NCBI GenBank assembly: GCA_041595875.1
Contig: JBFHJN010000004.1
Coordinates: 7,130 to 71,129, forward strand
DNA: 64,000 nucleotides
Direction of reading: 5' to 3'
Origin: Coriobacteriia bacterium
GTDB taxonomy: Bacteria; Actinomycetota; Coriobacteriia; Anaerosomatales; Anaerosomataceae
Numbering within the stretch: the stretch's first letter is position 1; the number at the start of each line of letters is the position of its first letter. The position numbers and the translations under genes are program-made. Positions 34,722-44,842 of this stretch are shown here, piece by piece. The notes beneath the pieces are model-generated. The model did no database searches, was not told where the DNA came from, and was given only the letters and a program-made list of their open reading frames with translations.

Positions 34722-37700
34722 TTGTACCTCAAGTCGCTCACGCTCAAGGGGTTCAAATCCTTCGCTGACCGAAGCAAGCTCTCACTGGAGCCTGGAGTCA
34801 CGGTCATCGTCGGCCCCAATGGCTCAGGTAAATCCAACATCTCCGACGCCGTGCTGTGGGTCCTGGGCGAGCAGTCGGCCAAGTCCTTGCGCGGCAACTC
34901 CATGGAAGACGTCGTCTTCGCGGGCTCCTCGGCCAGACAGGCCGTCGGCATCGCCGAAGTGGACCTCGTCCTGGACAACGGCGACGGCACCCTTCCGCTC
35001 GAGTTCCACGAGGTCACCATCACCAGGCGGATGTTCCGCAACGGTGAGAGCGAGTATCTCATCAACCAGTCTCCGTGCAGGCTCATGGACATCCAGGAGC
35101 TGCTGCATGACACCGGACTGGGCCGCGACACCCACTCCATCATCAGCCAGGGTCGTCTGGACGAGGTCCTCAACAGCAAGCCCGAGGAGCGTCGTGCGCT
35201 CATCGAAGAGGCCGCAGGTGTCCTCAAGCACAAGAAGCGCAAGGAACGCGCGCTACGCAAACTGACGTCTATGGATGTCCATCTCGATCGCGTCAAAGAC
35301 GTGATCTGTGAGATCGACCGTCAGCTCAAGCCGCTCCAGCGCCAGGCGAGCAAGGCCTCGGAGTACCGCGAACTCTCCAGCGAGCTCAAAGAGCTTGAAG
35401 TCGCCGTTGCGGTAGCCGACCTTCGCGATCTCCAGACACGATGGGGCAGCCTGGAGAAACGCGAACGTGAACAGGACGCGGAAGTCGAACTTGCCAGATA
35501 TCGGGTCGCCGAGAAAGAACGCGAGCTCGCCAAGTTCCAGTCCCTGCTCGAAGAGAAGGGGCTGTTCGTCGGCGACCTCTCCGAGCAGCGCCGCCGTCTG
35601 CAATCGGTACTCGAACGCCTCAACTCCGGGCTGCTGCTTCTGGAGGAGAAGGGCAAGAACCTGGTCGAGCGCCTCTCCGAGCTCAGGGCAAAGGTGCACC
35701 ATAGCGAGACCCGCCTCGTGCAACGCAGCTCCGAGCTTGAGCAGATCGCCGAGGAACGCGCCGTCACCGAAGCGCGGATCCGCGCGCTCTACAGCCAGCT
35801 CAGCGAAGTGCGCCGCGAGGCCGAGACGACCAAGAAGCTCCGGCTCGCCGCCGAGGAGTCACTTGCCACCGTCACATCGGAACAACGCCGCGCCCGCAAA
35901 GAGATCGACGATGGACGCGCGGAGCTGGCCGCCATCAACCAGGCCCTCTCGGCGTTCACGATGGAGACCGAGATGCTCGGTGAGCGGGCATCCGCGCTCA
36001 AGCAACAGCGCTCGGGCGTCTTCTCCACGCTCTCGGCCCGACGCACCCGTATCGAACAGCTGCAGGCCGACCTAGACAAGGGACGCCGTGAGCTGTCGCT
36101 CGCGGAGCAGGAGGTGGACAAACACGTTCGTCTCACTGACGCGCGCAAGGCCGAGCTCGCCCGACGCCGTGACGACTTCACCGAGCTTCGCGCTGAGATC
36201 AGAGCGCTTGAAGAGGTGGACCGCGCGTTTGATTCCGCGTCACCGGCGCTTGCCTGGCTCCTTCAGAAAGAAAAGCAGCTCCCGGATGTGATTGGGCCTA
36301 TCACCGACGCGATCACCGTCCCGGAGGAGTACGAACGCGTCGTTGAGAGCGCGCTTGGCGGAGACGTCTTCTGCGTGCTGGTCAGCGACCGCAAGGCCGC
36401 CAGCGGGGTCGTTGCCACGCTCGAAGAGCAAGGCGCAGGCGACTACTCGGTCATGCCTGTCGAGGCCAGGCCTTGCGCGTATGACAAGAACGGGCCCGGC
36501 ACACGACTCGTGGACACCATTCAGTGCTCCTCAGAAGTCCGCCATGCCATCGAGGGTCTTATCGGCGACATCCGCATCGTAGACAGTCTGGAAGCGGCTC
36601 TTCGCGCTGCAGGTGAGGCCGATGCTGTCTCCCGGTATGCCACTCGCAAGGGGCACGTCGTCTGGCCCAGCGGGAAGGTGCGCGTAGGCCCCGACCTCAC
36701 CGAAGACGCCGGGGTCCTGGCGCGCAAGCGCAAGCTCGCGGACCTGCGTGACGCGTTCGGCGCCACCGAGGCGGGTGTGGGGGAGACCGAGGCCGCGCTG
36801 TTCGCGTCCAACGAAGCGCTCGCCTCGGCGCAGCAACAGGCGCTCGAGCTCAGCCAGCGCGTTGCCACGCTCGCAGGTGAGGAGGCTTCTGCCCGAGAGG
36901 AGATCGGCCGCCTTGAGCAGGCCATCACCGATCTGGACAAAGAGGCCGGGACGATCGATGTCCGGGTTCGCCAGATAGAGGAGAAGACCGCCAAAGACCG
37001 CCCGCAGGAACGTCAGCTCAAGGAGCAGATCGCTGCCGCCGAGGCGCTGATCGAGCAGCTCGAGGAAGACTCCGCTGCGAAGCGTGAAGAGCGGGACTCC
37101 CGCTTCCGCGAGGAATCCGAGGTCGGTAACCGCCTTTCCACCTGTCAGGTGGAGATCGCGGCCGTCTCGGAACGGGAAGTGCATCTCAAGCGGCGTCATG
37201 CGTCCACTATCGCCGAGGCCAAAGAGCTGGACGTCGCGGTAGCGCAGTCGAAAGCCACCGAAGAGGCGCTGGAGGCGCTACGTGAGCGACTGCAGCCGCT
37301 CCACGACCTCTACTCACTGTTGCTTGAGAACGGCGAACACTGGGCTTTGAAACTCAGGGACCGTGCGCGCTTCGAGCAAGCGGACAGCGAGTCTTTGCGC
37401 ACCACCATCCATAGCGCCCAGGATGCCGTCAGGACCGCCCAGGCGGAGCTTGAGGGTGTCAACGACGATATGGGCACCATCCGTGTGGAGAAGGGCCAGC
37501 TGGAGATCCAGGTCACAACGGCCGTCAGCCGCATAGTCGAAGACCTGGGCGTCCCGCTCGAGCGCGCCCTGGAAGCGCCTGCCATCACCGAGCGCGAGGC
37601 TTCCGTCGAGCGCATGCACCGTCTACGCAAACGCATATCCAACCTTGGACCAGTCAACCCTGTCGCGGTAGAGGAGTTCGACCGGCTCCAGGAGCGTCGT

Positions 37701-38285
37701 GACTACCTGCAGCAACAGCTCGACGACCTGAACGCGAGCCGGAAGTCCCTCCAAAAGGTCGTCTCGGCGATCGACCGCAAGATCCGCGAGCGCTTCTTGG
37801 AGACCTTCGAGCTTGTGGACCGGCACTTCCAGGAGGTCTTCAGCGTGCTGTTCCCGGGTGGACAGTCATCACTCGCGCTCACCGACCCGGACGACCCGGA
37901 AACGACGGGTGTGGAAGTCATCGCTCAGCCGCGGGGCAAGCGTCTCGCCAAGATGTCGCTTCTCTCGGGCGGGGAGAAGTCTCTCACCGCGCTGGCGTTG
38001 CTGTTCGCGGTGTACCGGACGAGGCCATGCCCGTTCTACATCCTCGACGAGGTCGAGGCGGCTCTGGACGACACCAACCTGCGTCGCTTCATCGCGTTCG
38101 TCGACAGTCTGCGTCATCACACGCAGTTCCTGGTGGTCAGCCACCAGCGCCGCACCATGGAGATGGCCGACGTGCTCTACGGCGTGTCCATGCAGTCAGA
38201 CGGCGTAAGCAAGCTCGTCAGCCAGAAACTTGAGCAGGCAGCGAGCCTCGCGGAAGAGGTGACCGCCGATGGCGCAGTGGTATGA
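34722..38285 (+). CDS. smc: chromosome partition protein Smc
   Basis: LYLKSLTLKGFKSFADRS, GPNGSGKSNISDA Walker A, long coiled coils with a hinge, LSGGEKSLTALALLFA signature and FYILDEVEAALD Walker B. I prefer the TTG at 34722; the ORF-track start is 34680. Confidence 0.92.
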   Translation: MYLKSLTLKGFKSFADRSKLSLEPGVTVIVGPNGSGKSNISDAVLWVLGEQSAKSLRGNSMEDVVFAGSSARQAVGIAEVDLVLDNGDGTLPLEFHEVTITRRMFRNGESEYLINQSPCRLMDIQELLHDTGLGRDTHSIISQGRLDEVLNSKPEERRALIEEAAGVLKHKKRKERALRKLTSMDVHLDRVKDVICEIDRQLKPLQRQASKASEYRELSSELKELEVAVAVADLRDLQTRWGSLEKREREQDAEVELARYRVAEKERELAKFQSLLEEKGLFVGDLSEQRRRLQSVLERLNSGLLLLEEKGKNLVERLSELRAKVHHSETRLVQRSSELEQIAEERAVTEARIRALYSQLSEVRREAETTKKLRLAAEESLATVTSEQRRARKEIDDGRAELAAINQALSAFTMETEMLGERASALKQQRSGVFSTLSARRTRIEQLQADLDKGRRELSLAEQEVDKHVRLTDARKAELARRRDDFTELRAEIRALEEVDRAFDSASPALAWLLQKEKQLPDVIGPITDAITVPEEYERVVESALGGDVFCVLVSDRKAASGVVATLEEQGAGDYSVMPVEARPCAYDKNGPGTRLVDTIQCSSEVRHAIEGLIGDIRIVDSLEAALRAAGEADAVSRYATRKGHVVWPSGKVRVGPDLTEDAGVLARKRKLADLRDAFGATEAGVGETEAALFASNEALASAQQQALELSQRVATLAGEEASAREEIGRLEQAITDLDKEAGTIDVRVRQIEEKTAKDRPQERQLKEQIAAAEALIEQLEEDSAAKREERDSRFREESEVGNRLSTCQVEIAAVSEREVHLKRRHASTIAEAKELDVAVAQSKATEEALEALRERLQPLHDLYSLLLENGEHWALKLRDRARFEQADSESLRTTIHSAQDAVRTAQAELEGVNDDMGTIRVEKGQLEIQVTTAVSRIVEDLGVPLERALEAPAITEREASVERMHRLRKRISNLGPVNPVAVEEFDRLQERRDYLQQQLDDLNASRKSLQKVVSAIDRKIRERFLETFELVDRHFQEVFSVLFPGGQSSLALTDPDDPETTGVEVIAQPRGKRLAKMSLLSGGEKSLTALALLFAVYRTRPCPFYILDEVEAALDDTNLRRFIAFVDSLRHHTQFLVVSHQRRTMEMADVLYGVSMQSDGVSKLVSQKLEQAASLAEEVTADGAVV

Positions 38286-39180
38286 GCGCCTGACGCAGGG
38301 GCTTTCCCGTACCAGAGAGTCCCTTCAAGGCCAGTTCAACGTGTTGCTCCGCAAGGGACCCGATCTTGACGAGGAGTTCTGGACGGATCTGGAAGACGCC
38401 CTCATCATGGCCGACATGGGCGCCGTCGCCGTCGCAGAGATCGTCGATCGTCTGCGCGACTCTGCCCAAAGAAAGGCCCTTCCTGACGCGCAGTCGGTGA
38501 TCGACCACCTGGTCCAGGAGATCGCCGATGAGATGCGCTCCGGAGACGGTGACTGGCTGGCCGAGAGCCCGCTGGTCGTGCTGGTGGTCGGCATCAACGG
38601 AGCCGGCAAGACGACCACCATCGGAAAACTCGCGAAGGCATCCTCCGATGAGGGTCGCTCGGTCATCATCGGTTCTGGCGACACGTTCCGCGCGGCCGCG
38701 ATCGAGCAACTGCGCGTCTGGGCGACCCGGGCGCACGTCCCCGTCATCGAACGGGAGCGCGGTACCGACCCTGCCTCGGTGTGCTTCGAGACCCTTCGCT
38801 CCGCCGAGCAGACCGGCGCGGACCTGGTCCTGATCGACACCGCCGGGCGTCTTCATACCTCGCCCGACCTCATGGCCGAGCTGCAGAAGGTGCACCGCGT
38901 CACCCGGCGGGAGAGCAAGTGGCCGGTGCGGGTGCTCCTGGTCATGGACGCCACGACAGGTCAGAACGGACTGGTTCAGGCCCGGGAGTTCAACCGTGCG
39001 CTGGGCCTGGACGGCATCGTGCTCACCAAGCTCGATGGCACGGCCAAAGGGGGCATCGCGGTGGCCATCGCCCGCGACCTCGCAGTGCCCATCGTGCGCA
39101 TCGGCGTCGGTGAAAGCGTGGAGGACCTGCGACCCTTCGATGCCGACGAGTTCGCGCGCGCGCTCATCTCAGGCGAGTAG
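38269..39180 (+). CDS. ftsY: signal recognition particle receptor FtsY
   Basis: NG domain: VVGINGAGKTTTIGKLA, LIDTAGRL, VLTKLDGTAKGG. It overlaps the smc 3' end by 17 nt. Confidence 0.93.
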   Translation: MAQWYERLTQGLSRTRESLQGQFNVLLRKGPDLDEEFWTDLEDALIMADMGAVAVAEIVDRLRDSAQRKALPDAQSVIDHLVQEIADEMRSGDGDWLAESPLVVLVVGINGAGKTTTIGKLAKASSDEGRSVIIGSGDTFRAAAIEQLRVWATRAHVPVIERERGTDPASVCFETLRSAEQTGADLVLIDTAGRLHTSPDLMAELQKVHRVTRRESKWPVRVLLVMDATTGQNGLVQAREFNRALGLDGIVLTKLDGTAKGGIAVAIARDLAVPIVRIGVGESVEDLRPFDADEFARALISGE

Positions 39181-39726
39181 ATGGCCTCGGATTCGTTCAG
39201 GTTCATAGCCTTCCGCGATCGCGACAATCGCTATATCCCGCTTGTCGCGGTGCTCGCGGTCATCCTCGCCGCACTGTGGCTCGTCTTCGGCGTCCTGTAT
39301 CAGACCAGCATCGTGGACGGCGACTCGATGAACGACACGCTGCTCTCCGGTGACAGGGTGCTGATCACGAAGACATACACCGTCCCTGCGCGTGGCGATA
39401 TCGTCTCCTCCAACGTCGTGGTCGATGAGATCCCGGACCGGATACTCAAGCGTGTCGTGGCGATACCCGGGGATACCGTCGAGGTCTTTGGCGACACCGT
39501 CGAGGTAAACGGCGCCGTGGCGACATGGTCCGGCGTGATCTTGGGAACGAACGACACATTCCATCTTGAGCCGTATGTCATACCCCAGGGCTATGTCTAT
39601 CTCGTGGGCGACAACAGACCGGACTCCCTGGACAGCCGGTTCCTCGGTCCGGTCCCGATATCAGAGGTCAATGGCAAGGTTGTCGCTGTGTTCTCGCCCG
39701 TGACACGCATCAGGCGCATTGACTGA
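39181..39726 (+). CDS. lepB: signal peptidase I (paralog 1)
   Basis: TM anchor, VDGDSMNDTL (catalytic Ser), ILKRVVAIPGD (catalytic Lys) and GDNRPDSLDSR. The ATG directly abuts the ftsY stop. Confidence 0.85.
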   Translation: MASDSFRFIAFRDRDNRYIPLVAVLAVILAALWLVFGVLYQTSIVDGDSMNDTLLSGDRVLITKTYTVPARGDIVSSNVVVDEIPDRILKRVVAIPGDTVEVFGDTVEVNGAVATWSGVILGTNDTFHLEPYVIPQGYVYLVGDNRPDSLDSRFLGPVPISEVNGKVVAVFSPVTRIRRID

Positions 39727-39780
39727 CATTCGCGCGCCGCTTAGCCTAGGAAGACCGCACACCACCCCCGTGGAGGAACG

Positions 39781-41136
39781 ATGTTCGAGAGTCTCTCAGA
39801 CCGCCTTCAAGGCGTTCTCACAAAACTGAAGGGCCGCGGCCGCCTCACCGAGGCGGATGTCGACGCAGCCATGCGCGAGGTCAGGCTGGCGCTTCTTGAG
39901 GCCGACGTGAACTTCAAGGTGGTCAAAGAGTTCGTGGCCTCTGTGCGCGTGCGCGCGGTCGGCTCGGACGTGATGAAGAGCCTCACGCCGGGGCAGATGG
40001 TCGTGAAGATCGTCCTCGACGAGCTCACGAACCTCATGGGCGGCAATGAGGCGCGACTGGTCCTGACCAACAGGATCCCAAACGTCATCATGCTGGTCGG
40101 TCTGCAGGGTTCTGGTAAGACGACCGCCGCCGGCAAGCTGGCCAACCTGCTCCGCAAACAGGGCAAGCACCCCATGCTGGTCGCTTGCGACGTCTATCGC
40201 CCTGCCGCCATCGACCAGCTTGAGACCCTGGGACGCGAACTGGACATCCCCGTCTTCCGTGGCGAGGGGGACGATCCGGTCCTGATCGCACAGGCAGCCG
40301 TCAAAGACGCTGTCGCCCGCATGCGCGACGTGGTCATCATCGACACGGCCGGACGGCTCCATATAGACGCCGAGATGATGGCGGAGGCGTCCGCGATCAA
40401 GCGGGCGGTCAAGCCCGACCAGGTGATCATGGTGGTCGACTCGATGACAGGCCAGGACGCTGTCACAGCCGCCAGCGCGTTCGCCGAACGCGTGGCGTTC
40501 GATGGCGTGATCGTCTCCAAGTTGGACGGTGACGCACGGGGTGGCGCGGCGCTATCGGTGAAGGCCGTCACCGGCAAACCCATCATGTTCGCCAGCGTGG
40601 GCGAGAAGCTGGATGCTTTGGAGGTCTTCCATCCCGAGCGGATGGCCCAGCGCATACTCGGCATGGGAGACGTGGTCTCCCTGCTTGAGAAAGCGCAAGA
40701 GAGCATGGACGCCGAGGCCACAGAAGATGCCGAGGCACGCCTGCGCGCCGGCAAGTTCACGCTTGACGACTTCCTCGGCCAGCTCCGGCAGTTGAAGAAG
40801 ATGGGGTCGGTGTCCGACCTCATGGCGATGATCCCGGGCGCGAACAAGCTGCCCAAGGACGCGAAGATCGATGAGAAGGCGCTTGCCCGCACCGAGGCGA
40901 TCATCCAGTCGATGACCATCGCCGAGAGAGCCAAACCTTCGCTGATCAACGGATCCAGGCGTGAGCGTATCGCCGCGGGTTCAGGCGCCACCGTCTTCGA
41001 AGTCAACCAGATGCTCAAGCAGTTCGCTGAGGCCCAGAAGATGGTGAAACAGCTCCAGAAGATGCAGGGCGGGGGCAAGGGGAAGGGCCGCCGCAAAGGA
41101 GGCTTCAACATCCCGGGGATGCGACCTCCGTTCTAG
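39781..41136 (+). CDS. ffh: signal recognition particle protein Ffh
   Basis: MFESLSDRLQGVLTKLKG, GLQGSGKTTAAGKLA, DTAGRL, SKLDGDARGGAALS and a Met-rich M domain. Confidence 0.96.
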   Translation: MFESLSDRLQGVLTKLKGRGRLTEADVDAAMREVRLALLEADVNFKVVKEFVASVRVRAVGSDVMKSLTPGQMVVKIVLDELTNLMGGNEARLVLTNRIPNVIMLVGLQGSGKTTAAGKLANLLRKQGKHPMLVACDVYRPAAIDQLETLGRELDIPVFRGEGDDPVLIAQAAVKDAVARMRDVVIIDTAGRLHIDAEMMAEASAIKRAVKPDQVIMVVDSMTGQDAVTAASAFAERVAFDGVIVSKLDGDARGGAALSVKAVTGKPIMFASVGEKLDALEVFHPERMAQRILGMGDVVSLLEKAQESMDAEATEDAEARLRAGKFTLDDFLGQLRQLKKMGSVSDLMAMIPGANKLPKDAKIDEKALARTEAIIQSMTIAERAKPSLINGSRRERIAAGSGATVFEVNQMLKQFAEAQKMVKQLQKMQGGGKGKGRRKGGFNIPGMRPPF

Positions 41137-41185
41137 GGAACATCTTGATACGTCGTGGCACCATGAGCCCTCAACGAGAGATGCT

Positions 41186-41214
41186 TTGACCGCAATAGGC
41201 TCTTGTCATATCAT
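41186..41214 (+). promoter_or_regulatory. candidate sigma-70 promoter of the rpsP operon
   Basis: TTGACC, a 17 nt spacer, then TATCAT, about 65 nt upstream of the rpsP start. Confidence 0.45.
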
Positions 41215-41280
41215 TAGCAGTCGCTCTTGCTCAGAAGTGGACGCCCACACGGGGCGCCACCTTACACGGAGGTGAACGTT

Positions 41281-41652
41281 TTGGCACTCAAGATCCGCCT
41301 GGCACGCGCCGGCGCCAAGAAGGCGCCGTTCTACCGCGTAGTCGCGGCCGATTCGCGCGCACCGCGTGACGGTCGGTTCATCGAGATACTCGGTCGTTAC
41401 AATCCCCGCACCCAGCCTTCCACCGTCGAGCTCGACGTTGAGAAGATCGAGGCCTGGATCGCAAAGGGCGCTCAGCCCACGGAGACCGTCTCGAAGCTGC
41501 TGGCAATCGCCAAGGGTGAGACCGCTGCCCCCAAGGCAGAGGCGAAGCTCTCCAAGAAGGCACAGGCGAAAGCCGATGAGGCCGCAGCCAAGGCCGCCGA
41601 AGCTCCTGCCGAGGTCGCCGAAGAGGCTGCCCCTGCGGAAGACGCTGAGTAG
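41281..41652 (+). CDS. rpsP: 30S ribosomal protein S16 (with Ala/Lys/Glu-rich C-terminal tail)
   Basis: The TTG start gives [40 protein letters not shown] lies 8 nt upstream. The ORF-track start at 41227 is an extension. Confidence 0.9.
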   Translation: MALKIRLARAGAKKAPFYRVVAADSRAPRDGRFIEILGRYNPRTQPSTVELDVEKIEAWIAKGAQPTETVSKLLAIAKGETAAPKAEAKLSKKAQAKADEAAAKAAEAPAEVAEEAAPAEDAE

Positions 41653-41654
41653 AC

Positions 41655-41903
41655 ATGGCACCCGTTGCTGATACTGACGGTCTCGTTCGCTACATCATCG
41701 AGTCGCTCGTGGACAACCCGTCCGACGTTGTGATCGAGAAGAACGAAGAGGGTCGGCAGACAGTCTACGAGGTACGCGTGCACAGCGATGACGTCGGCAA
41801 GGTCATCGGCCGTCAGGGTCGCGTGATCAAGGCCGTCCGCACGCTTGTGCGCGCCTCGGCATCGGTCGATGATTCCGACGCCACGGTGGAGGTTCTCGGC
41901 TGA
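41655..41903 (+). CDS. KH-domain RNA-binding protein (YlqC/UPF0109)
   Basis: VGKVIGRQGRVIKAVRTLV contains the GxxG KH motif. Conserved position between rpsP and rimM. Confidence 0.85.
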   Translation: MAPVADTDGLVRYIIESLVDNPSDVVIEKNEEGRQTVYEVRVHSDDVGKVIGRQGRVIKAVRTLVRASASVDDSDATVEVLG

Positions 41904-41907
41904 CATC

Positions 41908-42429
41908 ATGACCACGCCATTCCTGCCGATAGGCCGGATCGTGAAGGCACATGGGCTGCGAGGGGAGGTCTCGGTGAAAACACTCACCGACCTGCCCCTC
42001 GATGCTTTTTTGGGCCTTCACGTCTGGATCGCACCACCAACGGTGATCGCCCGGGAAGGTGACGTCATCGGGGCGCGTCGCGGTCCCAAAGGCCCGCTGC
42101 TGACCTTGAGCGGCGTGAGCGACCTGCAAAGCGCTTCACAGTTGGCCGGAAGAACGCTTATGGCGCGCCCGGAAGACCTCCCGGTAGAGATCATGGAGGA
42201 GGAGCCCGACCCTGTCGGACTGCTCGTCAATGACGTAGAGCGCGGTCCGCTCGGCGTCGTCACCGATGTGATCATCACTGGAGCCAATGACGTATGGGTG
42301 ATCGAGGGAGACACGTACGGTGAGGTTCTGATCCCTATCATCGAAGAGGTACTCCTGGACATCGACTTCGAAGCAGGCGAAGCCACCGTGAAGCTCCTCC
42401 CGGGCCTGATAGACGAGGAAGAGAACTGA
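41908..42429 (+). CDS. rimM: 16S rRNA processing protein RimM
   Basis: LPIGRIVKAHGLRGEVSV and a PRC-barrel C-terminus. Conserved synteny. Confidence 0.88.
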   Translation: MTTPFLPIGRIVKAHGLRGEVSVKTLTDLPLDAFLGLHVWIAPPTVIAREGDVIGARRGPKGPLLTLSGVSDLQSASQLAGRTLMARPEDLPVEIMEEEPDPVGLLVNDVERGPLGVVTDVIITGANDVWVIEGDTYGEVLIPIIEEVLLDIDFEAGEATVKLLPGLIDEEEN

Positions 42430-43178
42430 TGCGCATCGACATCATCTCGATATTCCCGGAGCTGTTCGAACCCACCTTGTCCGGCTCCATGCTGGGCATC
42501 GCCCAGCAGAAGGGCGCGGTCACCTTCCATGTGCATGACCTGAGAGACTGGGCCGAAGGCAGACACAGGACCACGGACGACTACTCGTTCGGCGGCGGCC
42601 CCGGCATGGTCATGAAGCCGGAGCCGTTCTTCCGCGCGCATGAGGCGATCGCCGCGCAAGACCCGCGACCCGTGACCACCGTTATCATGTGTCCCCAGGG
42701 CGAGCTGCTGCGACAGCCGCTCGTCGAGGAACTCGCGACGCATGAGCGGCTGGTCGTACTGGCGGGCCGGTACGAGGGCTACGACGATCGTGTCCGCTCA
42801 CTCGCGGATCGCGAGATATCCATAGGGGACTATGTGCTCACCGGCGGCGAGCTTCCTGCCATGGTGTTGATAGACTCCGTTACCCGTCTTCTTCCCGGTG
42901 TCCTTGGACATGACCAGTCCGCCACTGAGGAGTCGTTCTCATGGGGCCGGCTCGAGTACCCGCAATACACGCGTCCTGCCTCGTTCGAAGGCATGGACGT
43001 CCCCGAGGTCTTGCTCAGCGGTGATCACGGCAAGATCGCAGCCTGGCGTCGCCAGGAAGCCATACGGCGCACCGCACAACGCCGTCCCGATATCCTGGAG
43101 CATGCGGATCTCACCGCCGAGGAGCGATTGTTCGCCGAGAAGATCATACAGGCCGATGCACGATTGGATGAGCGGTGA
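42429..43178 (+). CDS. trmD: tRNA (guanine37-N1)-methyltransferase
   Basis: MRIDIISIFPELF, DDYSFGGGPGMVMKPEP, CPQGE, GRYEGYDDRV, SIGDYVLTGGELPAMV. Confidence 0.95.
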   Translation: MRIDIISIFPELFEPTLSGSMLGIAQQKGAVTFHVHDLRDWAEGRHRTTDDYSFGGGPGMVMKPEPFFRAHEAIAAQDPRPVTTVIMCPQGELLRQPLVEELATHERLVVLAGRYEGYDDRVRSLADREISIGDYVLTGGELPAMVLIDSVTRLLPGVLGHDQSATEESFSWGRLEYPQYTRPASFEGMDVPEVLLSGDHGKIAAWRRQEAIRRTAQRRPDILEHADLTAEERLFAEKIIQADARLDER

Positions 43179-43732
43179 ACGAGGATACCAACAGCACGGA
43201 AGTCAAGCCACCGCCGTCTTTTGCACGCTGGGTGGCGGAGTTGCTGCTCATGGTGGCTATCGCCTTCGTGGTCGCCCACGGGATCCGCACGTACGTGGTG
43301 ATGCCGTATACGATCCCGTCGGGTTCGATGATCCCGACCATCGAGATCAACGAGCGCGTCCTTGCCAACAAGTTCATCTACCGATTCAAAGACCCGGAGC
43401 CCGGAGACATCGTGGTTCTTGACGACCCCACCGGTGGGACCATCCCGCTCATCAAGCGTGTCATCGCCGTGGAGGGCCAGGAGGTGGATATCAACGACGG
43501 CCGGGTCTTCATAGACGGTGTCGCACTTGAGGAGCCATACACGGCTGGTGCGGTGACCGAGATGGGGGAGGTCGCGCTTCCACTCGTGATGCCGGCAGAC
43601 ACTGTATGGGTCATGGGTGACAACCGTACCGACAGCACGGACGCACGATGGTTCGGCCCGCAGCCGGTCACCAGCGTGCATGGTCAGGCCTTCCTGCGCA
43701 TCTGGCCCCTCTCACGGATCGAGAAGCTCTGA
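43175..43732 (+). CDS. lepB: signal peptidase I (paralog 2)
   Basis: IPSGSMIPTIE, LIKRVIAVEGQ and GDNRTDSTDAR. The GTG overlaps the trmD stop. Confidence 0.9.
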   Translation: MNEDTNSTEVKPPPSFARWVAELLLMVAIAFVVAHGIRTYVVMPYTIPSGSMIPTIEINERVLANKFIYRFKDPEPGDIVVLDDPTGGTIPLIKRVIAVEGQEVDINDGRVFIDGVALEEPYTAGAVTEMGEVALPLVMPADTVWVMGDNRTDSTDARWFGPQPVTSVHGQAFLRIWPLSRIEKL

Positions 43733-43828
43733 CATCGGTTTGCGTGTCACGGGAGGGCTGGTCTATACTATCCACTCGTGTCTGATGACCACCCGCACAT
43801 GCGGTATAAGAAGAACAGGAAATCCAGA

Positions 43829-44170
43829 ATGAACAGAATCCGTGCCATCGAGCAGCAGCAGATCCGCGAGGACCTGCCCGAGTTCAAGGTCGGCGACACC
43901 GTCAAGGTGAGCTACAAGGTCGTCGAGGGCGGTCGTGAGCGCGTTCAGCCGTTCCAGGGCATCGTGATCAAGCGCCACGGCGAGGGTGCCCGCGAGACCT
44001 TCACGGTCCGCAAGCTCTCGTTCGCCGTAGGTGTCGAGCGTACCTTTCCTGTGCACTCGCCCAAGATCATGAAGCTGGAAGTCGTCACGCGTGGTAAGGT
44101 ACGTCGCTCCAAGCTGTACTACCTGCGCGATCGGATCGGCAAGGCTGCACGGGTCAAGGAACTGCGGTAA
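43829..44170 (+). CDS. rplS: 50S ribosomal protein L19
   Basis: [27 protein letters not shown]...[14 protein letters not shown]. The ORF-track start at 43778 is an extension. Confidence 0.93.
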   Translation: MNRIRAIEQQQIREDLPEFKVGDTVKVSYKVVEGGRERVQPFQGIVIKRHGEGARETFTVRKLSFAVGVERTFPVHSPKIMKLEVVTRGKVRRSKLYYLRDRIGKAARVKELR

Positions 44171-44184
44171 TCACCGGAGGCAGC

Positions 44185-44832
44185 GTGTCCGGATCAAGAG
44201 ACACTGATCTGCATACTGATGCGACCCGGGAGCCATCTGCTCCCGGGTCGTCTCTGATTGCCGACGACCAATACGGTGAGTCGCCCGAGGCGGCACCGGC
44301 CGACGACGACGAGGTATCGATCGGTCGATGGCTCCTTGAGCTCGTGCTCCTGGTGGGTCTCGCGTTCCTGCTCGCAACCGGCATCAAGACGTACGTCATC
44401 CAGCCGTTCGTGATCCCCACAGGGTCGATGATCCCAACGCTGGAGATAGGCGACTACGTGATCGCCAACAAGTTCATCTACCGCTTCGAAGAGCCGGTGC
44501 GCAACGACATCGTGGTGTTCCTCTCGCCTGAATCGAACTCCACCGACTACATCAAACGGGTCATCGCCGTCGGCGGTCAGGAAGTGGACCTGCGCGACGG
44601 TATCGTCTACGTCGACGGAGTCGCGCTCGACGAACCCTACATCGCCGGTGCCACATCCGCGCCGGGGCCTATCAGCATGCCGGTGACAGTGCCCGACGGC
44701 TACGTGTGGCTCATGGGCGACAACAGAGAGAACAGCCAGGACAGCCGCTGGTTCGGCGCCCAGCCGGTCTCTCGCATCGTCGGCAAGGCCTTCTTCATCT
44801 ACTGGCCGATCTCCGACTTCGGCAGCCTGTAG
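44185..44832 (+). CDS. lepB: signal peptidase I (paralog 3)
   Basis: IPTGSMIPTLE, YIKRVIAVGGQ and GDNRENSQDSR, with an acidic N-terminal extension. GTG start. Confidence 0.9.
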   Translation: MSGSRDTDLHTDATREPSAPGSSLIADDQYGESPEAAPADDDEVSIGRWLLELVLLVGLAFLLATGIKTYVIQPFVIPTGSMIPTLEIGDYVIANKFIYRFEEPVRNDIVVFLSPESNSTDYIKRVIAVGGQEVDLRDGIVYVDGVALDEPYIAGATSAPGPISMPVTVPDGYVWLMGDNRENSQDSRWFGAQPVSRIVGKAFFIYWPISDFGSL

Positions 44833-44842
44833 GCCGGGGACG

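Noticed and set aside
43733-43828. Possible L19 leader or extended rplS ORF (track start 43778)
   Set aside because: The extension [17 protein letters not shown] is not part of known L19 N-termini. I could not recognise a conserved leader structure by eye, so I kept the start at 43829.
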